Origin: an uncultured Victivallales bacterium
GTDB taxonomy: Bacteria; Verrucomicrobiota; Lentisphaeria; Victivallales; GWF2-45-14
Assembly: GCA_964651145.1 (NCBI GenBank)
Contig: CAZYVR010000044.1
Coordinates: 1 to 23,600 of the forward strand
DNA: 23,600 nucleotides
Reading direction: 5' to 3'
The translations under genes were made by a program, and so were the position numbers. Every line of letters starts with the position of its first letter. Position 1 is the first letter of the stretch. Positions 17,080 through 23,600 of this stretch are shown here, one piece after another. The notes beneath the pieces were generated by a model. The model was not told where the DNA came from, made no database searches, and was given only the letters and a program-made list of their open reading frames with translations.

Positions 17080-20000
17080 ATGAGGAAGAGTTGTTACTTG
17101 GCTTTGGCCGCAACGGTATTGACATCGTGCACAATTTTTGATAAGGCTACAGAGAATATTCCGCCAGTCAAAGTGGATAATTCCATTGGCAAAAGAATGA
17201 TAGAAAGACCTAAGTCACCTAGGGTGTTTAATGGCGATTTTGATCTGGGAACAGCCGGCTGGGCATTGAAATATTATGTTAACGCAAAGGGAGCATTTAA
17301 AGACAATATTCCTCAGTTGACCACAGTCCCAACGCCTGAAGGAAAAGGCTCTTGCTTGAAAGCCGCATCTATTTCCGGCGCGCATCTTTATTGGCTTGCG
17401 GGACGTGAAGTTTACCTGAAAAAAGGAGCCAAAGTTGACCTAAGCTTTAGAGCCAAAATAAAGAAATTTCCAGGCTGCGCGGATATAAAAGACTTTTTTA
17501 TAGACTTCAGGAATTTCAACAAACATCATCATGGAATGAGCACGGCTGAAAGATATTGGATTACTGGTGTTAGGTTAAAAAAAGTTTCTGAAAAATGGAA
17601 AACAGCCAGCAAGATTTTGACCATCCCAAGGGATGGCTATTATTTCTTTCGCTTTGTAATTCAGCCCAAAGACAAAAGCAAGCCGTTCCCAGATATCTAT
17701 ATTGATTCTGTAAAACTAACTCCTCTCAATGACAAAGCCAAATCTGCTGGAATCATTCCGCAAATTGCAATTTATGAGAATAAAAACATTCCGGCATATG
17801 GAATAGAAGAAAAAATCAACTATGAGGTCAAAGCGAAATTTTTCGATTCATCTAAGAAAGTTAAAAAAGTTTCAATGGATATAGTTGACGACCAGACTTT
17901 GGAGCCTGTGTTAAGCAGGGAGGTTGAGCTCGTCCGCAAAGGAAATGGCATATACGAAGGCACATGCAGTTTTAAGCCCAACCGCTACGGAAGCTATTCC
18001 ACGCGTGTTCGCAATGATAAAAATTCTGCGCTTGATTGGTTTGGCGGTGATTTCAGCGTTATGCATCCTATTCTTAAGCATGATTCAAATTCCATAGCAA
18101 AAGGGATTGGCATAAACGGAGAAGCGCATGCGCCTGGAAAATTGACGAGCAAAAAATTTCATTTTTATGCAACCTCAGGAACGCTCAAGCGTTATTTTGA
18201 TGTATTGCGTGTAGCTGGCATTGGAAATGTTCGCTCCTGGAATTTTAGATGGAAATTTGTTGAGCCGGAAAAGGGCAAATTTGACTTTTCTCAAACAGAT
18301 ATGATAGTGCGCGAGCACAAGAAGCGCGGCATTGACTTGATCGGCACGCTTGGCTTGGATTTCACCAAACGGAAAGCCATAAAAAGAAAACGAAATATTC
18401 CTGACTGGGTTTTGCCTTTATGCAAAATGCATAAAGTGAGCAAAGCACACAGCATGGAAGCCTTTGTCCCTCCATTCGATTTGTGGGAAAATTACTGCAA
18501 GGCTTTGATGGGGCATTACAAAAACGACATTAAAGTATGGGAAGTTTTCAACGAGCCTAATGGATGGATGACTCCGAAAAATTATTTGGAGTATGTTAAA
18601 GCCGCGCGCAGAGCCGCAGACTCTGTGTCGCCAGACATAAAAATCATTGGGCCATGTCCTACTGGAGATTTTGCGGCTGACCGCTTTGCCGGATGGTCAA
18701 AAGAATTCCTAGCGCTTGGCGGAGAAAAATACATAGACGGCTTTGCCTATCATCCCTATGGAGCTTCAAATGACTTTCAAAATGGGAAATTTTTTGAGGC
18801 AACCGCAACTATTGACTCAATCCGCTCATGGCTGAAAAATAAGTCTTTGCCTCTATACAACACAGAGTGCTATCACTTTCCAAACTCCCTGCTTTTGCGA
18901 ACAACGCAGGGAGATGCATCCACTTTGTTGCGCCATTACCTGATAACTTTGGGCAAAGGCGTAAAAAGCAGCGCGTCTATTGCGGCTCAGCAAATTTTTA
19001 AATTCAGATTGAATCCTCACATTTGCTTGAATATGACTCACAATATGGAATCGGTTCCCGGTCCGATAGCCGCCGCTTTAAACAACCTGGCATTCCAGTT
19101 GAAAGACATGACAAAGACTGAGTCTCTAAAACTTAACAAGTTTATCAACTGCTATGTTTTTTCCGGCGCAAAAGATGAAGGAGCTCTTGCCGTCCTTTGG
19201 GATTTGCGTCCGAACGGCAACCAGTGGACCTCCAAGGCGAGCGCAAGCAATCTGCGCTTTCTGGACATGTGGGGCAATCAAATAAATGCAGACGGCAAAG
19301 GCATTCACTTAGGGCTTAATCCTGTTTATGCTTCCGGCAAGAAAAGTGAAATTGAAAATTACTTGCAGAAATCAAAATTTCAGTTGTCTGCTCCTGTGAA
19401 AATAACAGGGCGTTTTTTCAAGAACGACCTTTATCTCAACGCTAAAAACATGTCGGGCATGTGCTTTGCGCCAGAGGTAGAATTCACTTCTGTTAAAGAA
19501 CTGAATTTGCCCAAATCTGCGCAGTTTGCTTTTGCGAACAATCCAGACTGTTCCGTTTTTTTGCCGGGCGCTGCAAAGGGAACCGCAACTTCTGCGGGCG
19601 CAACGTTTGATGTAATAGTCAAAAACGAAAAAATAGGTTCGGACAAAATAAAATTGCTCCCAAAGAATCCGGCTTATGATCTGCCGTTTGCAGGAGCCAA
19701 GCCGCTGGAGCTGACGCTTCCGGGAGGCTCAATAGCAAAGCTTGTTGCCCAAAAAGATTCTCTGTCAATCACTGTGACAGTCAAAGATAAAAATATAGTG
19801 TCCCCAAAAAAGCATAAGCCCTGGAGTGGCGATGCGGTGGAAGTGTTTGTGGACACTGCTCCGTTTGCAAGTCTTGAGAGAAATCTCATACATGGCGGAG
19901 AAGGCGCGTTGCCTGTGCGTCAGTATATAATCCCGGCAAAACCGAACGCTGGAGAAAAGCAGTTCTGGACCAGCAACAAAAGTCCTGAGTCCCCAACTGT

Positions 20001-20772
20001 CAAAACACAAAAGACATCGGCTGGGTACAAAGTTAACATTCAGATTCCATGGAAAGCCATCAAGCCATCCGGCAATCGCTATGGAATATACGGCATTGAT
20101 ATTGAAGTCGACCATGTTAAGGCTATTGGCGGAAAAAATATCAAAGAAACGCTAAGCGGCAAGCCTGGGCAGTCATACAAAATTCGTCTCCACTATCCGC
20201 TGTTCAGCGTTCCTGAGCAGGCTGAGCTTTATTCAGGCTTTGACGCGCTGGGCGCGGAAAAACTTGTTAATGGATCATTTGAGAAAAAAAAAGAAAAGGA
20301 AAACGAGCCGAAAGGTTGGATGAACAGATGGGATCGCAAAAAAAAAGTGTATGACTATGGGGATTTTGGTTATAACGGGACAAAGGGCGTGACTGTAAAA
20401 CTTGATACGCCGTCAATAAAGCATGTTCAGGGATGGCCTCAAAAAATCAAATGCAATCCAGACGGGAAAACCAATCTGTTGATTGAAGGCTTCGTAAAAG
20501 CGGAAAATATTAAAAAGGCAGAGGGAGAAAAAAGAAGAGCTGGCCTGCGTTTTTTCTGCCATTTTTATAATGATGTCAAAAAGAAACACATGGATAATAT
20601 AGGCATTGGCGTAAACGAAAGCATTACAGGCTCTTTTGGATGGAAAAAAATCCAATGCGTCATTCCTGTCCCCAGAGGCGCTACATCCTGTCAGCTTTCA
20701 TGCGGTTTGAGCCAAGGGGTCACTGGCGCTGTATGGTTCGATGACGTTCATATAAAAACAATAAGCAAATAG
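17080..20772 (+). CDS. Large multidomain glycoside-hydrolase lipoprotein (GH clan-A catalytic domain flanked by CBM-like beta-sandwich domains)
   Basis: 1230 aa. Lipoprotein signal with lipobox LTSC. The clan GH-A acid/base motif is VWEVFNEPNGW. The nucleophile candidate is LYNTECY. The N-terminal region (VFNGDFDLGTAGW) and C-terminal region (LVNGSFE...GW) look CBM4/9/22-like. The DAVEVFVDTAPF segment looks CBM9-like. AGGAG RBS. Confidence 0.7.
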   Translation: MRKSCYLALAATVLTSCTIFDKATENIPPVKVDNSIGKRMIERPKSPRVFNGDFDLGTAGWALKYYVNAKGAFKDNIPQLTTVPTPEGKGSCLKAASISGAHLYWLAGREVYLKKGAKVDLSFRAKIKKFPGCADIKDFFIDFRNFNKHHHGMSTAERYWITGVRLKKVSEKWKTASKILTIPRDGYYFFRFVIQPKDKSKPFPDIYIDSVKLTPLNDKAKSAGIIPQIAIYENKNIPAYGIEEKINYEVKAKFFDSSKKVKKVSMDIVDDQTLEPVLSREVELVRKGNGIYEGTCSFKPNRYGSYSTRVRNDKNSALDWFGGDFSVMHPILKHDSNSIAKGIGINGEAHAPGKLTSKKFHFYATSGTLKRYFDVLRVAGIGNVRSWNFRWKFVEPEKGKFDFSQTDMIVREHKKRGIDLIGTLGLDFTKRKAIKRKRNIPDWVLPLCKMHKVSKAHSMEAFVPPFDLWENYCKALMGHYKNDIKVWEVFNEPNGWMTPKNYLEYVKAARRAADSVSPDIKIIGPCPTGDFAADRFAGWSKEFLALGGEKYIDGFAYHPYGASNDFQNGKFFEATATIDSIRSWLKNKSLPLYNTECYHFPNSLLLRTTQGDASTLLRHYLITLGKGVKSSASIAAQQIFKFRLNPHICLNMTHNMESVPGPIAAALNNLAFQLKDMTKTESLKLNKFINCYVFSGAKDEGALAVLWDLRPNGNQWTSKASASNLRFLDMWGNQINADGKGIHLGLNPVYASGKKSEIENYLQKSKFQLSAPVKITGRFFKNDLYLNAKNMSGMCFAPEVEFTSVKELNLPKSAQFAFANNPDCSVFLPGAAKGTATSAGATFDVIVKNEKIGSDKIKLLPKNPAYDLPFAGAKPLELTLPGGSIAKLVAQKDSLSITVTVKDKNIVSPKKHKPWSGDAVEVFVDTAPFASLERNLIHGGEGALPVRQYIIPAKPNAGEKQFWTSNKSPESPTVKTQKTSAGYKVNIQIPWKAIKPSGNRYGIYGIDIEVDHVKAIGGKNIKETLSGKPGQSYKIRLHYPLFSVPEQAELYSGFDALGAEKLVNGSFEKKKEKENEPKGWMNRWDRKKKVYDYGDFGYNGTKGVTVKLDTPSIKHVQGWPQKIKCNPDGKTNLLIEGFVKAENIKKAEGEKRRAGLRFFCHFYNDVKKKHMDNIGIGVNESITGSFGWKKIQCVIPVPRGATSCQLSCGLSQGVTGAVWFDDVHIKTISK

Positions 20773-20788
20773 CGAAAATTGCTGAATT

Positions 20789-21262
20789 CTATTTTTCCAG
20801 AAGAAGCGCCGCCATTGCTGTGATGCCTTCGCCCCTGCCACAGAAGCCAAGCTGTTCTGTGGTGGTGGCTTTTACTGACACATTGCCGTATTCGCAATCA
20901 AAGACTCGCGCCAGGTTTTCGCGCATTTCAGCGACATGAGGAGCTATTTTCGGAGCTTGCGCTATTATGGTCACGTCAAGGTTTACAAGTTGCCAGGCGG
21001 TGAATTCCGGCGAATCAAGAATTTGTTTAAGAAGCGTCATGCTGTCGGCATCTTTAAGCTTTGGGTCTGTGTCGGGGAACCATTGCCCTATGTCGCCCAG
21101 AGCAAGCGCTCCCAGAAGCGCGTCCATCACTGCATGAACCGCCACATCGGCGTCGCTATGGCCAATGAGTCCTTTGTCATGTGGCAATTTTACTCCGCAA
21201 AGCGTAATCGGCCCTTCGCCGCCCAGTTTGTGAACATCTATTCCTTGTCCTATGCGCAACAT
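20789..21262 (-). CDS. ispF: 2-C-methyl-D-erythritol 2,4-cyclodiphosphate synthase
   Basis: 157 aa, colinear with E. coli IspF: [67 protein letters not shown] and [18 protein letters not shown]. Confidence 0.92.
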   Translation of the reverse strand: MLRIGQGIDVHKLGGEGPITLCGVKLPHDKGLIGHSDADVAVHAVMDALLGALALGDIGQWFPDTDPKLKDADSMTLLKQILDSPEFTAWQLVNLDVTIIAQAPKIAPHVAEMRENLARVFDCEYGNVSVKATTTEQLGFCGRGEGITAMAALLLEK

Positions 21263-21329
21263 TATAAATCCAGCCTTTGTTTTTTTAAGTGAAAAATATA
21301 TACAGAATACAGCTCTAAATCAACAAGCA

Positions 21330-21358
21330 AATAAAAAAGGCCGGATTGTCTCCGGCCT
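21330..21358 (-). terminator. Rho-independent terminator downstream of the flotillin gene (minus strand)
   Basis: Stem AGGCCGGA / TCCGGCCT with a 5-nt loop. The plus-strand A6 run upstream becomes TTTTTTATTT after the hairpin on the minus strand. Confidence 0.8.
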
Positions 21359-21385
21359 TTTGCATTGCGTTTCCTGAAAGTGGTT

Positions 21386-22867
21386 TTATGCTTTAGCTTC
21401 CTCCGCTTCAACTTCCTCCACTTTTTCTCCTTTGACTTTGCCGAGGTATCCCGGCAGGTCGATTCCAGCCATGCTTGCCACGTCGTGGATCGGTGGCAGG
21501 CTCTGCATCATGCCGCTGAGAAAATTGGCAGTTGATGTTTTGCCGTCTGCATTGGCGCCGCCTTCCCATACGGTGACCTTATCTATCTTAATGTTTTTGA
21601 TTGCTTCTGTCTGCATCTTGACGAGCTCTTCGAGTTTTTCGACAAGCAACATTTTAGCGGCTGCGTTGGTGTCGTTTGCGCAAGATTCTATTATCATTTT
21701 AAAGCCATCGCCTTTTGCTTTGAGTATTTCAAAGTTTCCTCGGGCTTCCGCATCAAGTTTCGCAAATATTGCGTCGGCTTCGCCTCGGGCTTCGCGACGG
21801 CGCTTTTCGGCTTCGGCTTCGGCGGAAATTTCCACCTGTTCCTTTTGGATTTGGGCAGGAACGATTGATTCGGCTTTTTGTTTTTCCATCTCCATCAACG
21901 CTCTGGCTGTCTGCGCCACTTTTTCCGCGTCATAATGGGCTTTTTCAATTTGCGCTTGCGCAACACGCTGCGAGGACTCAGCCAGTCTGTGGGCTTCCGC
22001 TTCCTGCTCAATGCGAAGCGCATTGGATTTTGCTATTTCAATGGCGGACAAGTTTTCGCCTTCTGTTGCTGTTGATTCCGCCTGCTTTATGGCAATTCTT
22101 CGGTCTCTGTCTGCGTTGGCCTCGCCGGATAGGGCGTCGGCTTCCGCTTTTGAGACAGCTATGCGCTGGAATTTTTTGGCTTCGGCTTCCCCGATTCCGC
22201 CTTTCTTTTCTTCTTCCGCAACTGCGATTTTAGCCTGATTTATGGCTTCCGATGCCGCGCGCTTTCCGATGGCGTTAAGGTACCCGCTTTCATCTGTAAT
22301 GTCGGTTATGTTAACGTTCAGAAGTTGAAGGCCTATTTTATTTAGTTCATCGGTCACGTTTTGCTCAACGTTCCTCAGGAATGTTTCGCGGTCGGCGTTG
22401 ATTTCTTCTATTGTCATTGACGCTATGACCAGACGCAGCTGCCCAAAAATAATATCTTTGGCCAGATTGCTGATTTCATCGGGATGCTGTCCAAAAAGAC
22501 GCTCAGCGGCGTTGCCTGTTATTGACTCTTCGGTGCTGATGCCGACGGTAAAAATCGATGGCACGCTAATGCGGATATTTTGATTACAGAGAGCATTGTC
22601 CAGGTTCACTTCTATTTGCATTGGACGCAGTGACAAGTATCCGTAATCCTGCCAGATAGGCCATATAAATTTGGCTCCGCCGTGTATGCATTTTGCGGCT
22701 TGATGCCCGGCTATTTTCCCGTAAATGACCATTATGCGGTCAGACGGGCATTTCTTGTACCTGCTGGCAAATGCTATTATTGTTGCGAACAGCACAAACA
22801 ATGCTAGCACCAGAAATACTATAAGTCCTGTTACCGTTGATGTTGACGCTGCGATTGTGATTGGCAT
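21386..22867 (-). CDS. Flotillin / SPFH-domain protein (YqiK/FloT-like)
   Basis: 493 aa. An N-terminal transmembrane helix is followed by an SPFH-like region and long Ala/Glu-rich coiled-coil repeats (AEEEKK..EAEAKK..AEADAL..). AGGAGAG RBS. Confidence 0.8.
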   Translation of the reverse strand: MPITIAASTSTVTGLIVFLVLALFVLFATIIAFASRYKKCPSDRIMVIYGKIAGHQAAKCIHGGAKFIWPIWQDYGYLSLRPMQIEVNLDNALCNQNIRISVPSIFTVGISTEESITGNAAERLFGQHPDEISNLAKDIIFGQLRLVIASMTIEEINADRETFLRNVEQNVTDELNKIGLQLLNVNITDITDESGYLNAIGKRAASEAINQAKIAVAEEEKKGGIGEAEAKKFQRIAVSKAEADALSGEANADRDRRIAIKQAESTATEGENLSAIEIAKSNALRIEQEAEAHRLAESSQRVAQAQIEKAHYDAEKVAQTARALMEMEKQKAESIVPAQIQKEQVEISAEAEAEKRRREARGEADAIFAKLDAEARGNFEILKAKGDGFKMIIESCANDTNAAAKMLLVEKLEELVKMQTEAIKNIKIDKVTVWEGGANADGKTSTANFLSGMMQSLPPIHDVASMAGIDLPGYLGKVKGEKVEEVEAEEAKA

Positions 22868-22894
22868 TTTTCTCTCCTAATTGTTTTTTTATTT

Positions 22895-23497
22895 TTAAGA
22901 TATTTTTTTGACTAAATAACGTTTGTCGTCAATCATGTTTTCTATGATAACGGATGTTCCCGTGGGCAGTTCTTCGTCCGAGAGCGCTCTTACTTCACGA
23001 GTCACGCCGCTGACGGACACCGTCACTTTGCCCGCCGAAGCTCTTTGAGCGGGGATTGACAGATAGACAGTGCCGGAGCATCCTATCAGATCCCGCGGGG
23101 CAATGTTTCCGCTGTGTTGCAGTTTCAGCATTGCGAACACCAGAATAGCAGTCATAAACATCATTGCTATGCCGGAGGCAAAAGCTCCAAAAAATCCGCC
23201 CCAGCCTGCGTCTCCCCAAAGTACTCCGCCCCAGCCGAAAAAAGTGATGAAAGCGAAAACTGCGCGGAGCGAGAAAAATCTAAATTCAGCAAAACCTGAG
23301 TCGGCATGTTCCCCGAAAGACACGTCTCCGTCCCCGTTTGCGTCCATGCCTGAGTCTTCGCCTCCGAATCCCAAAAACACCATTATCATTTGTATAAGAA
23401 AAATTGATGAGCCAAACAGGGCAAGGAACCAGTAAATATATCTTACTTGCGCTGTTTTAAGAAACTCTCCGGTCTGGCTGATAAAATCAAGAACCAT
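22895..23497 (-). CDS. NfeD/YqiJ-family membrane protein (OB-fold C-terminus) partnered with the flotillin
   Basis: 200 aa. Multiple TM helices. The C-terminal GKVTVSVSGVTREVRALSDEELPTGTSVII matches the NfeD OB-fold domain. It sits immediately upstream of the flotillin gene, as in the E. coli yqiJ-yqiK pair. GGGGG RBS. Confidence 0.7.
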   Translation of the reverse strand: MVLDFISQTGEFLKTAQVRYIYWFLALFGSSIFLIQMIMVFLGFGGEDSGMDANGDGDVSFGEHADSGFAEFRFFSLRAVFAFITFFGWGGVLWGDAGWGGFFGAFASGIAMMFMTAILVFAMLKLQHSGNIAPRDLIGCSGTVYLSIPAQRASAGKVTVSVSGVTREVRALSDEELPTGTSVIIENMIDDKRYLVKKIS

Positions 23498-23600
23498 AAT
23501 ACCCCCTATCTTCCCGCTGTTTTATTGTGCTTAATATGCTTCAGCTTTCATATTGTTTCAATAGAGAATGTTTTATTTTTCATTGATCTAGATTCTCTCG

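Noticed and set aside
20773-20788. Convergent GH lipoprotein and ispF genes separated by only 16 bp with no hairpin
   Set aside because: Worth noting, but tight convergent ends without a visible terminator are common, and nothing further can be inferred from sequence.
21432-22238. Several 65-167-aa plus-strand ORFs rich in Ala/Ser/Arg/Leu
   Set aside because: They are antisense to the flotillin gene, whose GC-rich Ala/Glu repeat region generates long spurious reverse-frame ORFs. They have no RBS.

Overview
This window looks like a chromosomal region from a moderately AT-rich bacterium, probably of the PVC superphylum. The PVC assignment is inferred from a prepilin-type N-terminal domain fused to an H-X9-DG (DUF1559-like) C-terminus. 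Most of the window is glycan catabolism. A minus-strand GH3/HAD operon runs divergent to a LacI-type regulator. The regulator is followed by a class-III aminotransferase, a beta-helix lipoprotein, and an amidohydrolase translationally coupled to a degenerate paralog. Next comes a 1.1-kb AT-rich non-coding stretch with a small secreted-protein gene interrupted by one in-frame TAA. After it are thiG, a GH1 beta-glucosidase, a NifU/IscU-like + GGGtGRT gene pair ending in a strong terminator, and a GntR-type regulator. Then follow the H-X9-DG prepilin-like protein, a 1230-aa multidomain glycoside-hydrolase lipoprotein, ispF, and an NfeD/YqiJ-flotillin operon. The most notable items are the uncharacterised NifU-like/GGGtGRT module and a terminator-like repeat family present in at least three copies. 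Others are a tandem duplication of the LacI-regulator gene's 3' end, a palindromic motif shared by the promoters of both regulators, and the active/degenerate amidohydrolase pair. I found no CRISPR array, rRNA, tRNA, transposase or integrase. All calls rest on reading conserved motifs by eye; no searches were run.
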